Positions 48,033 through 60,780 are shown, numbered from the stretch's first letter. The stretch: DNA of 64,000 bases from Macrostomum lignano (GCA_002269645.1 NIVC01000196.1:55391-119390); one strand, 5' to 3'. Translations and numbers: made by a program. The notes: generated from the letters alone by a model not told the origin.

Positions 48033-50255
48033 ACTACCCAAGGACCACTGAAGTCACTTTGTTAAACTTCTTAAGTAGTCCTTGGCACTACCATATGATG
48101 GAGCAGATTCGGGCCCAAGGCGAAGCCGAGGACGAACTGCGTAAGTTTTTTATGCATATACTAGAAGAAGATGTTAACAGCCTTGTAAACGTATAGTGAT
48201 GACGATTCTTAATTTAGTTTGCATCTGCCTCGCAACTGCTCCCTCATTTTTATGTACTTCTTCAATAGGCCATCAATTGAGCGGAGTTCGTGAAAAGCTG
48301 GGGGAAGCTCAAGCTGAAAATCGTCAGCTGCAAGCTTAAGTTCATCGGTTGAAGGCTGTCTCCGCTACGTCGTGCTCGTCGGAATCCGACACGACCGTGG
48401 CGAGAAGTTATGCGGTGCACGTTCTGGGTCGCGTCGCAAAGCGGTAGGAACAATCGCTTGGGCTCATCAATGAAGTGTGCAGCACTCTGGGCGGTTCCGA
48501 TATGCGCCCTGCAGATGAAAACGGTCCGGATTCGCACGATGAGTGAGTGCGACCGTCGGGCTCCACAATTAGACCCCAGCGCATCCTCCGCATTTTTCAT
48601 CCGAGGGCGTATTAGCACCGGTCAAACCAAGCAACTGCACCGCAGTATGCACTAGGTTTTGGCTGTGCATTCGTCGAACGCAAAGCAAGGCAGTCTGGAG
48701 TCATTATTTGTTGCGACACTGATCCAGCTTTCAAAAATTTCTTGTTAAGCATGCGCTACCGGCTATAGAAGCGCTGGCCGTAAAAAACCGTGGACCCACA
48801 GACAAAGATGGACAAAGATGGGCAGGCGGATGAAAACTTCATTCGTTTGGACCATTCTGTGAGTCGTTTTCTCCGTTGAGGAGTTTAAAAACTCGAGCGT
48901 CTCCGGTCGTTGCAGCTCGCATGGCGAAGCTGAACAAGTCCGTGCAGCTAACACCGATAAACTGCATGGAGACTATCCATGGTTACTGCAAGCACGTTTA
49001 CGTATATAGCGAGCTGTATAGCGAGTGATCCGCCCAACGGGGTGCATTTAGGGGTAGGCGATGGGTATCCCTGAAGAGTATCCAATGTTGCGATAGTATT
49101 TAATGGACGTACATTAAGGTATATCAAGCCGTATATAAATATACCGTAAGTAGGATCAAAGTCGACCTGCCCATCTGGGTGTCATTGAGAAGGCCAGAAA
49201 AGCGGATTGATAGCGTTTTGTGTTTCGGAAAGTGAAATATAAAATTTACAGTTTTGTACAAGTGAATTTAATATTTCTCTTCGAGGACGGCTAAATCAAA
49301 TTTGTAGTCGTGAAAAATTGGAACAATGAGCCGTTCTTAATAATTTTATGCTACGTTAATAAGCACAGGATTTGGCTGCAGGGATCCGGTTCAGTCACCC
49401 AGAATTCATTCGGAACTGTCGCCCGAATTTTTATATAGATACTTTTTATGCTTTTAGTACTGCTACTGTACAATGTACGCAGTCGCCTTGCTGCCGAGCC
49501 CTTCTTTTATCGGCCTGAACAGCTACATCGATAATTTGGATATCTGTTCATATTCATTTACTCAAAAGATACAACACCTACGAGTACTAAATACACTGCA
49601 GGTGTCGGCTAACACTAAATCACTTAATTAGCCTTCTGGCTACTCGACCTGGATTTATTCATCATCGGAGGATTAGTATAATCTGTCTCAAATTTTCGGT
49701 ATTACATTATATTTTGAGCGAGTGACCTTACAGCTAGCTGCCTTGTACATGTCTGACTGAATCGAGTGTGTCAACAATTTTTTTCCAAGCTCAATGCAGA
49801 GATTTTAATGTGAATTAATTAACAGAAACAGAAGATAGGTCTACACCTGTCATATAAAAGCAGCCGATTCTCTACATGGTCGTGATGCTTCTGCAAATGA
49901 CGAGAAAATGCCGACAGATGCTCGTCATTTTAGCGTTGCTAGCAAGAACTGTAGGAAATAGATTTTCGTGGGAAAATTAATCAGTTCTTTTTGCGATCAC
50001 GAACACTTACTCGATCAAAGATTTAATTGCAGCTGCTGTGGAGACTTTTCCCACAAGCAATTGTAAATGCTTTCTTGTCTCTTTAAAAATCTTCTTTTCG
50101 AACCGATGAAATGATACTATGATACAAATGTGCACTTGCACTTCACCATTGGCCGTCCGCTCAGATACGACCCACCTTCCGGCTCAGTCTGGCAGCCGAC
50201 ATTGACTGCAAGGGTGCGGGGGGACTTCAATCTGGCAACTGCGACAGCACTGACC

Positions 50256-50460
50256 TCAGGCCGGAGTTCGTGCTTCTGAGCTTTGCCTGCTTCTGAAAAT
50301 TGTCTGAAACTTCGACTGGAATCCTGGGATGGTGGAGCAGGTCGGGCAGTCAAAGTACAAGTAGTCAGCCTGGAAACGCGGTTTCTTGCTAAGAAGGTCG
50401 GTGTTAACACGAGAAGCTCCGGGACAGTGGATCACCTTGAAATTGTATTCTGCCATGCGC
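50256..50460 (-). mobile_element. Gypsy-type pol remnant (RNase H C-terminal region)
   Basis: RMAEYNFKVIHCPGASRVNTDLLSK resembles LSEYNFxIxHRPGxxNxxADxLSR. Confidence 0.55.
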
Positions 50461-50944
50461 TTCGTTGTTTACCGGTCCGAATTCAATGCACTTATATTTT
50501 CAGTCGTTGCCCCAGCGCTAATTTATTTTTCTGCGTCCCTGAACAGCAAGTTTCCGGCTCTGTTGGGGCTCGCCGGCCTCGACTTGTCTCGTTAATTTAA
50601 AAAAAAGCCTACGACTATGCTATGCTCAACTGATAACGGCCTTCAACTTAACGCAGAGTATTAGCGCAGAAACACAACAATGCTCTGCAGCATCTGCACG
50701 AGCCCAAGTAGCTTCATCGTAAAACAGTAGTCGTCGCTGCGTCGACTGTTTTAATTCGCAGTGACGAGCCCTGTAGTTGCAGGCGTACGTGCCAGAAACT
50801 TTGCCTCTGAGGGCCGTATATTTAACTTACAGTATGTATGGGCTACCTGCCGATGTGCAACTTTATGTTGCGTAATCAATATATAGGCCCCGTGCACGGT
50901 GGGGAGAGGGCAAGGAAAAGTGCAAAGGTAGCTTGGTACACTAA

Positions 50945-51890
50945 ATCTCTTCCCCCCACGCGAGAAAAAAACCACGAACTTACAAGTAATGAATAACAAT
51001 TTTGACTTGATTGTTGTGTCTCTTGAATCACGAAAAAAGGGAAAAAACAAAGACAAAATATAGCGGTCCGTTACCATCGCAAAAATGAGAGTTTACAGGC
51101 GCCTGGTCAAACTCGGGTCACTGTAATTGTGCCGTCACTGGCTGTGCCTGTCGCACTAGCGGTCTGTCAGGCCCGTGATCGCCTTCCGAATACAGGTCGT
51201 CCAACTCCCAGGGGCATGACTCAAAGCGGCTTCATGTTCCGCCGCATGGCAGCTACGTCACACTGCAGCGTCATTGCATCGCCATCGACAGCTTTGACGA
51301 CCCAAAGGCCGTGGGGTCGAACGGACAACTCAGCGTGGCCTTTTCCGCGGTCTCTGAGCATCACCGTGTGTCACAATACCGTGTTGCTGAAGCTGGTTCC
51401 CGAGGCGGCCTAGCTGCTTTGTAGGACCGGTGGGCAGGATGTCACTGATGTCTCTGTTGAGCACGAAGTTATTAAATGGATGGTTGGTGCCCCGTGGCAC
51501 TGAGTTGCGGTATCCGAGCAGCCTTCTATCGTGGCGGCATTGACAGTCTACGGTTGAAGCGCTCCACCTCGACGTTCGCTGCCGGGTAGAGAGGGTTGAC
51601 TCCGTGATGTTGAACTCCAAGGCCGTCGATCAGAAACTCCTGGAATCGTCGCTCGTAAGGTAAGGTCGGTTTGTCCGTGGCGAGCTGCTGCGGCTCACCG
51701 AATCGGTTGAAGGAGGCCATATACATGTAGCACAGTTGATGACGCTAGTGAGGCTGCGCACCACGTTAAAGTCTGGGTAGCTGCTGAAGTATTCTAGACC
51801 ACCAAGACCACATTTGTAGGGAACGGCCCGCAGGCGCTCAGCAAAGTTGACGGTAGTCAAAGTTGAGCATGATAGTGAAATTTCCAAGTG
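50945..51890 (-). mobile_element. Degraded Gypsy LTR retrotransposon: integrase core fragments and a polypurine tract
   Basis: Frameshifted EYFSSYPDFNVVRS / FNRFGEPQQLATD...FQEFL...PLYPAANVEVERFNRRL / LLGYRNS; PPT GGGGGGAAGAGA (minus) at 50946-50957 followed by TTTAGTGTA (probable eroded LTR start). Confidence 0.75.
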
Positions 51891-52813
51891 CAGAGATTCT
51901 ATAAACCAGTTTAAGCCGGTTTTGCAGACTTGTGACTTGCAATTGGGTTGTAACCCAAAATATTAGTACAGAGTCAAGTAAAGTATAGAGACTTAACTGA
52001 CTGCCGAGTTGTCTGGATTTGTCTGACGCGCTTGCTCTGTGTGAAGTGCTCTCTTACACTGGCGGATCTTTCACTTTAGCGTCTCGGTGGGACCTCCAGA
52101 AATATATGTAGTGTGTAGCGAGTCCGATATGTTTACTTTGTGAAGGTGGTTAGGGTGCAGTTTCAGTAGTAGTATCTGATCCACGTCACGGCTGCCACAC
52201 AGTTACAGGAAAAAAGACAAAAAATCTACATGTAATCAAACAAATTTACCAAACACGATAAATAAAATCCGCTAGAGAAATAGCATCCCTTGGTAGTGCT
52301 TCTTTGGTTTATTTTTTACTTCATTATATCTGCAGTTCTTTTAAAACGACAGAATGCGCAGGGCACAGGTATGAATTCAATCCCAGCTCAGCCAGAAACG
52401 AAGCGAGACAGCTTGAGCAGTCCGGAGAGTCCAGCAGCAGTGATGCCGCATCAGTCTTATGGCTGCGGCTTCCTTTTACTAGCAGTCTTATACAGGGGCA
52501 CAAGATGATTGACGCCGCCCAACTTTCCTGTAGATCATAATTCTATCTCAGGCCAAATTACAGGTATGAACGCGATGAAATTATACACGGCTCGTATCTG
52601 TTTCTGACATTTTTCTGCACAAAATAACCAAGAATTGTTTTGAGAAGCAGACTTTTTTGTTTACTTTTGTGACTTATCATTTTAAATCTATTCACTGAGG
52701 CCTAAGCTGTTTTAATCTGTGTAGTAGTAAAGTCTCAATCCAAAAACGGCTTAGTTCAAAAAGGTAATAAAATAGTGTTGTCACAAACTGCTCCAAAACT
52801 CGCTCATAGGCCG

Positions 52814-53945
52814 CAGGGGTCGCGAAATTTCGGCCTGGAGGCCACATGCGGCCCGCGAAACCTCTCTATCCGGCCCTCGGGTCCTTTGAAACTTCACAAT
52901 AGAAATGCGGCCCGATCAAGGCTTGTGTCTCTTCTCAGCTCTCTTCTTCTCCTCTCCTCTCCCCTCTCCTCTCCCCTCTCCTCTCTCCTCTCCTCTCTCC
53001 TCTCCTCTCCCCTCTCCTTTCCCCTCTCCTCTCTCCTCTCCTCTCCCTCTCCTCTCTCCTCTCCTCTCCCTCTCCTCTCTCCTCTCTCCTCTCCTCTCCC
53101 CTCTCCCCTCTCCTCTCTCCTCTCCTCTCCCCTCTCCTTTCCCCTCTCCTCTCTCCTCTCCCCTCTCCTCTCTCCTCTCCTCTCTCCTCTCCTCTCCCTC
53201 TCCTTTCCCCTCTCCTCTCTCCTCTCCTCTCTCCTCTCCTCTCTCCTCTCCTCTCCTCTCTCCTCTCTCCTCTCCTCTCTCCTCTCCTCTCCCCTCTCCT
53301 CTCCCCTCTCCTCTCTCCTCTCCTCTCTCCTCTCCTCTCCCCTCTCCTTTCCCCTCTCCTCTCTCCTCTCCTCTCTCCTCTCCTCTCTCCTCTCCTCTCC
53401 TCTCTCCTCTCCCCTCTCCTTTCCCCTCTCCTCTCTCCTCTCCCCTCTCCTCTCTCCTCTCCTCTCTCCTCTCCTCTCCCCTCTCCTTTCCCCTCTCCTC
53501 TCTCCTCTCCTCTCTCCTCTCCTCTCTCCTCTCCTCTCCTCTCTCCTCTCCCCTCTCCTCTCCCCTCTCCTCTCTCCTCTCCTCTCTCCTCTCCTCTCCC
53601 CTCTCCTTTCCCCTCTCCTCTCTCCTCTCCCCTCTCCTCTCTCCTCTCCTCTCTCCTCTCCTCTCCCCTCTCCTTTCCCCTCTCCTCTCTCCTCTCCTCT
53701 CTCCTCTCCTCTCTCCTCACCTCTCCTCTCTCCTCTCTCCTCTCCTCTCTCCTCTCCTCTCCCCTCTCCTCTCCCCTCTCCTCTCTCCTCTCCTCTCCCT
53801 TCTCCTCTCCCCTCTCCTCTCTCCTCTCCTCTCCCTCTCCTCTCTCCTCTCCCCTCTCCTCTCCCCTCTCCTCTCTCCTCACCTCTTCTCCTATCTTCTC
53901 TCTTATCTTTTCTCTAATTCCATCTCTCGCCCCTCTTCTCCACTT
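52814..53945. mobile_element. hAT MITE left end followed by a ~1-kb (CTC/CT)-rich expansion
   Basis: caggggtcgcgaaa...ggcccgcgaaacctctctatccggccctcgggtcctttgaa matches the 9154 element; CT block 52925-53945; right TIR not found. Confidence 0.65.
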
Positions 53946-54131
53946 TGATCTCTAATTTCTATTCCCTTCTGAAATGAGACAAAGTTTACAAAATAAATTG
54001 GCTCAATCAAATAGAAGTTAATTCACAGAAACGCGAGCAAACTAAAAGGCAAAAAATCAGTTACTATTCCAGGTTCTCTGCTCAGTGACAACCTGTTACT
54101 ACATTATATTCCTGACTGATGTCCCCATCAG

Positions 54132-54409
54132 ACTTTTCTGCAACACCCCCTGTGCCACTTTTGTCAAATTGCCATAGACCAAAGCTTTGTACCTGATGCA
54201 CGAAACAACGAAGCATTCAACGAATCAACAAAACATCCGCAACATGAAAGCTGAGGAAAGAACCTGAGGAAACCTCATAGTCACCACTGCGCTGCACACA
54301 CTGCCATCGGCTGTTTGAATGTTGAATGTTTCGTTGTTTCGTGCATCAGGTACAAAGCTTTGGTCTATGGCAATTTGTAAAAGTAGCACAGGGGGTGGAG
54401 CAGAAAAGT
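54132..54409. mobile_element. ~280-bp MITE with ~90-bp terminal inverted repeats
   Basis: acttttctgc...ccatagaccaaagctttgtacctgatgcacgaaacaacgaa mirrored at 54320-54409. Confidence 0.85.
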
Positions 54410-55012
54410 GCTCATATCTCAAGAATGCCAGCAGATACAGAAATAAACAGAAAGTCATTTTAACGGGCAGATAATTCTCTTTTCAACTGCAACAGACTTA
54501 ATATTTCTGATCGGTCAGAAAGGCTGTAGTGAAGAAAGTGCACCGACTTTTGGGACAACCCTCGTAATTATATAAGCTACTTGCATTCAGTTTCACGCCA
54601 GATGGTATTGTACGCTCGTACAGCCCATAACCTCGTATTCATGGCTAGCTAACAAATCAGGAATGGAGGCTGGCAAACCGAATTTACGAAGATCCAAAGC
54701 TCTAATTGGGTGGAGAGAGAGAAGAGAGTTGCTGGAAAGAGATTTATTGACCTATAAGTGCACGGCACGGAATGCTGAGGAGTGGCCCAGCGGTTTGAAA
54801 TTTCTGAGCTTTCAAACGGATAGGCGGATAGACCTTCGTTACTCCGTTACAATCGAGTTATTTCTGGTGAGCCATATATTTTGAGTTTGCATCTAGAGTG
54901 AAAAGCGGAAACCAATAAAACTTTATGCACCAGACACAGTTGAAAATGCACGTAGTAAACCAGTTTTAGATTCAAGTAGCTACATGCATAAACCTCTATT
55001 TTAAGCAACTGA

Positions 55013-55832
55013 TGTAACCGCCCTTGTCGCCCGTCCGCTCCGCGGGGAGGCGAACGCATGACCAGAGGGGGCAATGACCGTAGGCTGCCTATGACCGGGC
55101 AATGAACTGACGGACCTCCAGCACCAGACTGTCCCGCCCACATGATTGATAGCTTTGGTAGCGTTTTCGTGACCAGAGGGCCAAGGACCCCACCTGTAGC
55201 CAAGGTGCAATAGTTGGTCAATGACCACCACTGTATGTGACCTGGCGCACCTAGATCTTACTACCAGACCTCTCGAGGCTAGAGCCCCGCCTGGATTGGT
55301 TACCAAAGGATTTAGGCTAACAGGGGAGACACATGCAGCCGAGTACAGGGACTCTGCTTGGGGCATGATCGGGAACTCTGGGCTCAATCTGGAGGATTTC
55401 TCAGCAGGGGATCCTTTGTGGCTGTGAGCGAGGCGGACTTGCGGCTTCAACTACTAAGAGTAGTGTGAGGCGAACATGTACTAGCTATAGTTTAGATTGC
55501 TCAGGGCGAAGGGACGCGTCAGCATGGGGTTGCAACCTTCCTACTGCCATTCTGTGCCAAGACTCGCTAATCCCCTCTACTGCACGCACACTCGAACCCG
55601 CAGCACGCACCCACAGGCGGGCTTTGCACGGGGAGAGGCCATTAGCTTACCCAAACTTCCTTATGCTTTGCCACCCAGGGAGAAGGCTTAGCAAGCCATG
55701 AGTGAAATGATGGTGAAAGAGTGAATAATGAGGAGTTTAGTAATAGTTAACGATTAGGCCCTTAGGCAAAATAATCAGGCAATTAGGCGGCTTCACTATT
55801 GAATAAAATACAGCAAAAGATACGGTATCACA
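55013..55832 (+). mobile_element. Possible solo LTR
   Basis: Starts TGTAAC, ends TATCACA, AATAAA about 25 nt before the end; TSD poor (actga/attgg). Confidence 0.3.
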
Positions 55833-58011
55833 ATTGGCTCAGCTCTCTAATCAAGCAATGGGAAATAAGCAAACCCCGGATAAGCAAAAGCAACCAGAGC
55901 ACAAATTAGTAGCAGGAACTTACCGGCTGCTGCACAGAGAGAGAGAGAGCGATGGAGTGACCGTGGGCGGCTGCTGGCTGCAGTCAGGCAGACTGTGAGG
56001 CGGCAGAGGTTCGTCCTATAGACGAATGGGTCAGATCAAGGTCTGACAGCGAGTCCAAAGAAGGACCAGAGGAGAGCCAAAGCGCTTAGAGGATTCTCAT
56101 GCCGAAAACCGCTTCCTTAAATAGCCTTCTTAGCCGCCGCTCCAAGGTCGTTTCCATGACTCCCTCTCTCTGATTGGCTGCCGGCGAAATGACGTCAGAA
56201 TGAGTCATGATGAGAATCATGAGAACGGCATAGCAACATGAGAAATGGGGGAATTGCGCAATCCGGAGGTGGGGTGGGGGGATAATTGGCGCAGCGGGAG
56301 GTCGAGAAAGTGTTGCGCAAGCAAACATTGAGAACAATAGGGCTAGGGTCGAGAACAAAGAAAATGGGAATGGGGGATAATTGGGGAGAATCGAGAACAA
56401 TAGGAAAGTAAACATTGGAGAAAATATGCTAACTGAGTGCGAAAATGAGAACAAAAGAAAGAGAAAATCGGAGAAAATGTGATAATTGGGTGCGAAGAGG
56501 AGAAAAAAGAATCAAAAACGAGAACAATAGAAGCGGAAGTGGGGTGGGTGTCGCATGAGAAATTTGGGGAATAGAACAATAGCATGAGAAAAGGTTGCGC
56601 AAGAGGGGGTGGTGAGTTATCGATGAGTCATCGAGGGGAAGAAGGGGTCACAAGGCTTGCGTCACCGTTTGGGAGTTTACTAAGGGGTGGGGAGACGGTG
56701 AGCGCACAAAGTACTGTGAGTAGGCACGGGAAGAGAGGGGGACAGCGCAGGAAAAACAGTCCAAAAAGAAAGAAAAAGAGGGAGAGTGGGAGAAGTACAT
56801 AATAGATAGGGTAGAGCGCATAGGAAATAGAGTAGCGGGTGGAGGCAGAGGGAGATAGGGGCTCCGGAAAGGCTCGTGTGGTGGGGTGGGAGACGGAGCC
56901 GAGGCAGCAGAGGCGCAGCAGAGCGGGAGTCAGCAGGCCTGGTCAAAGACCTGGCCCAATCTCGACGGCTCTGCTCAGGGGGTGCACGGAGATCGGTGGT
57001 ACTTTTGAAAAATTTCCCTTGCCATATCCCGCGACCAGAGCGTGGTTACATAACAACTCTGTACTCCACAATCTACTGGGAAAAGTGCATGGTGCCACCT
57101 GATACCTCTGGCGCCCCTGATACCTCTGGTGCCCGTAAACCATAGTGTTGGCTCCCATAAACCATATGTTGTTGACGCCCAAGTGATGACGCTTTTGCGG
57201 CAATCTGTTGCTGAGGTGTGCAATGAGCACATAAATCATCTCAGATGATCATCTCATCGCTGTGTGATAACCACTGCTTATACAATATATAATAATACTT
57301 GTAGGAGGTTTGTGGGCACCATGACGCATCGCGTTCGGCGACATGGTCCCACAATCTGCACAGAGGCTATTCTGCCCATTCTGCTGACTCCTGACCACAT
57401 ACAAGCGCGCCAATACTGTACGCAGACACACGCACACGCTCACGCAGGGTGGACAGCAGCGCTGAATCCATTATCATTAGGATGTCACCAGTTACAGATT
57501 GAAATTGAGATTAACAACTAATTTAGTTAATTTGTCAACAGTGGGGTCCTGACGGGTCCATCCGTTTTGCCAGCTTCGAAGATTGAGTCCAGCCGTTGAA
57601 GCAGAGACGCTTTTCACATCCGCAAAGAAGCGTAATTGAAAAAGAAACCGGAGAGAGAAGGGAGTTGAAAGTGAGACCGCAATGGAAAGGAAATTATCGA
57701 GGAAATACTTTTAGTTGGGTTTTAGCGGGGATCGGGAGTGGTGCGCAGAAGTCTGTGGAAAGGGAGGCAGCGCGAAAGCGGCTGGTCGCCTGCCGCCCCC
57801 TAATCCCAACGGGGCTGAGGGAACTCGTTGATTAATCTCCCTCTCGATTCTCGCACTCCGCCTCTCTCCCTCTCAGCAGCGGCAGCGCCAGCAATCGCTC
57901 CTGTGTCAAACTAACACAAGAAACTCTCTCGGAGAGAAAGAGGAAATAAAGTCCAACTGCACCACAACCCGCGCCATCAACAGGCAAAGCCGAAGCGTTC
58001 AAGCGCCACAG

Positions 58012-58370
58012 ATGAACAACAGCTCGCTGGAGCAACAGCTGCAGGATCATCGGCAGCACCATCCAGTCTGGATGAAGCCAGTGTTTCTAATCTTCTACGC
58101 CATAATCTGCGTCCTGGGCACGCTCGGCAACTTGCTAGTTGTATTCGTCGTCCTGAGAAAGCGCAGCATGCAGACAATAACAAACATTCTGATCACCAAT
58201 TTGGCCATCTCCGATGTCATCATGAGTACGGTGAACGTGCCCCTGACCCCGGCTATTATGTTCATGGGCAACTGGACACTGCCAGTGGCCATGTGCAAGG
58301 TGATGCCAATGACCATGGGCGTGTCGGTGTACGTGTCCACCCTGACCTCAACGGCCATCGCTGTGGATAG
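58012..58370 (+). CDS. Neuropeptide Y/F- or PrRP-receptor-like GPCR, exon 1 (TM1-TM3)
   Basis: GNLLV, TNILITNLAISD, VPLTP, CKVMP...VYVSTLTSTAIAVDR; donor AG|gtgcgt splits the DRY motif. Confidence 0.92.
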
Positions 58371-58540
58371 GTGCGTCAGTTCACTAGCAACAGCATTTCC
58401 TAAGGATATCGATGTTGTTGTCTTTAGTTCTGTCTAATTTACAGTCAAACAACAATTTATTTGACATTGACGCTATAGTATAGCCGCGTAAAATGATCTG
58501 TAGACCTGTAAAAACAGACTCTGCACCATCCGGCATGCAG

Positions 58541-59102
58541 GTATCTCGTCATCGTCCACCCGTTCGTGCCTCGCATGAAGCCAATCCTCTGCCTGCTGCT
58601 GGTGCTGGTGATCTGGCTGGTCGCCCTGCTGATTAGCCTGCCGATCGCCGTCTTCCAGAAGGTCAAAGTCTCGCCGGAGGCGGCCACGGAGAGCTGCGTT
58701 GAAGACTGGAAGCCGGAGCACCGTCCAGTGTTCACCGTGGTGAGCTTCCTGCTGCAGTTCCTGCTGCCCTGCTGCGTCATCACCGTCTGCTACGCCCGGG
58801 TCAGCGCCCGCCTCAGCCGTCGGCGCCGCCGGCAGAACGCCAACTACGCCACCGGTGGCAAATCGAGCGCCCGCGAAGCCCAGGACGTCCGTAGGAAGCG
58901 TCGAACCAACCGGATGCTCATTGCCATGGTAACCATCTTCGTGGTCTGTTGGATTCCTCTAAACCTGCTGTGGATGCTGAAGGACGTCAACTTGGTCGTG
59001 GAGAAAAACTTCCACGTGCCATTCTTTGCCTGCCACCTGCTGGCGATGAGCTCCGTGATGTACAACCCGTTCCTGTACGGTTGGATGAACGCCAACTTTA
59101 AG
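58541..59102 (+). CDS. NPY/PrRP-type GPCR, exon 2 (TM4-TM7)
   Basis: Acceptor atgcag|G TAT; IWLVALLISLP, LQFLLP, RTNRMLIAMVTIFVVCWIPLN, CHLLAMSSVMYNPFLYGWMNANFK; GC donor AAG|gcaagg. Confidence 0.92.
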
Positions 59103-59278
59103 GCAAGGAGAAGTGGGGAAGATTGACCTCTGTGATGATTTACTCGTATTAAGATTTATTTTAGACTGTCATGTGAATAGCAAACTTCCAAGCAGCTCGA
59201 GTGTTTAACTATAATTTCTTAAAATATTGTACATTCCTGAAAAGTTTACAACCCACCAAGCCAACGTCTTTTCTTCAG

Positions 59279-59761
59279 ACCGAGTTCCGCATCCTCCTGC
59301 CCTGTCTGTTTCCCAAGCGCTGCAGCAATGGCGGAGGCAATGGGGGACGCGGTGGCACTGGCGGCGCTGGCAGCGCTGGCGGCGGCGGTGGCGGCGGCGG
59401 TGCGGCCAGCTGTCGGGGAAGAAGCCACCGCGGCTGCAACCTGGCCGACGCTGACTTCGATGACGGCAGCGCCCTCTACTGCGATGACGACTGTGAAAAC
59501 GCCGGCGAGCCCTGCTTTGAGACGCTGTCGACATTCGACCAGAGCCGCAATCAGTGCGAAGGCTGCCGCGCTGCTGGCAAGGCTGCTGATGACGCCAGCG
59601 TCAACGCTCCCAAGGCAGTCGAGATGGCTGGCCACGATGGCGACGTTGAAGAAGTCGACCTCCTGCTGGACTGCGGTACCAGCGGAGACGGCGTCGAGAT
59701 CCCGCTTAGGCCTCTGGGAACGGCAGCCGGAGCCGGTCAGTGTCGGTCGCCCAACATCTGA
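59279..59761 (+). CDS. NPY/PrRP-type GPCR, exon 3 (helix 8 + tail)
   Basis: Acceptor ttttcttcag|ACC gives NANFK-TEFRILLPCLF (helix 8 plus palmitoylation Cys); total 467 aa. Confidence 0.85.
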   Translation, partial: TEFRILLPCLFPKRCSNGGGNGGRGGTGGAGSAGGGGGGGGAASCRGRSHRGCNLADADFDDGSALYCDDDCENAGEPCFETLSTFDQSRNQCEGCRAAGKAADDASVNAPKAVEMAGHDGDVEEVDLLLDCGTSGDGVEIPLRPLGTAAGAGQCRSPNI

Positions 59762-59814
59762 ACTGCTTAGGGCAGAGGATTTTGGGCAGGACTTTGGTGC
59801 GACATGAGGCGCAC

Positions 59815-59935
59815 CATGCGTCAGAGTGGCGGTGTGAGGCTTATGGTGGGCTGTGTCATGTGTCAGAGTGGCGGTGTGAGGCTTATGGTGGGCTGTGTCA
59901 TGTGTCAGAGTGGCGGTGTGAAGGTTATGGTGGGG
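59815..59935. repeat. 42-bp tandem repeat, about 3 copies, in the GPCR 3' region
   Basis: gtcagagtggcggtgtgaggcttatggtgggctgtgtcatgt. Confidence 0.9.
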
Positions 59936-60529
59936 CCAAATCAAGTACCCAAGCTAGTGGAGGTCACCAAGACCTAAAAATCGAAATGATAAAGCGATTT
60001 GCATCGCATGATTTCAGGAATCAAGTATTCTAGGAAACAGGGTTTGCTTAATCCCCGATCAGTTGTTTAGCTGCGCAACGCACTTTTCGTAAACCGACCT
60101 TTCTGATATCTGTTTATGCCTGGCTATCTTTGTTGGAATTTTACCTTCACATTTACAGGGTTTTTGTGGGAAGACTTTAGCTTAGATTGATACGTTTTTA
60201 GCATCAGCTTAGAACGCAGTCTTCGTTGTTTTGTTCCTCCATCGCAAATTCGGCTTCAATATTCAAAGCTTTGATTGTTTTTTGGTATATGTCTGTCTGT
60301 TCTGTCTGTTAATGCAGCTATCCTCTCAGATATGTTTAATACTTAATTCTATCTATTTATTGATGTTGTTTGACTAATGTCTACGAGTTAAAGACATTTG
60401 TAATATTGGAATTGAAAATAACATTCATAAAATGTTTTCAATTTCAAGGGACTTCAACTTTGTGGTTGTAAGCGATTGTTATTGTCAGAGTTTTTGATTG
60501 ATTTTTGCCATTATAAAATATTTAAATAG

Positions 60530-60780
60530 ACTCCTCTCACCTCTCACCTTTCTCCTCTTTTTTCTCTTCTCTCTCCTCTGTCCTCTCCCCTCTCCCATCT
60601 CCCTCTCCCTCTCCCTCTCCCTCTCCCTCTCCCTCTCCTCTCCCTCTCCTCTCTCTCTCTCTCCTCTATCCTCTCTCCTCTCCCTTTCCATCTCTCCTCT
60701 CTCCTCTCCCTCTCCCTTCTTCTCTCTTCTCTTCTCTCTTCTCCTCCCACTCTTCTATTTCTTTCCTTCTCCTCTTCTCT
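60530..60780. repeat. CT-rich low-complexity tract
   Basis: Direct reading. Confidence 0.9.

Noticed and set aside
54535-54567. Mariner-like terminus (reverse complement TACGAGGGTTGTCCCAAAAAGT)
   Set aside because: No partner TIR or transposase found in the window
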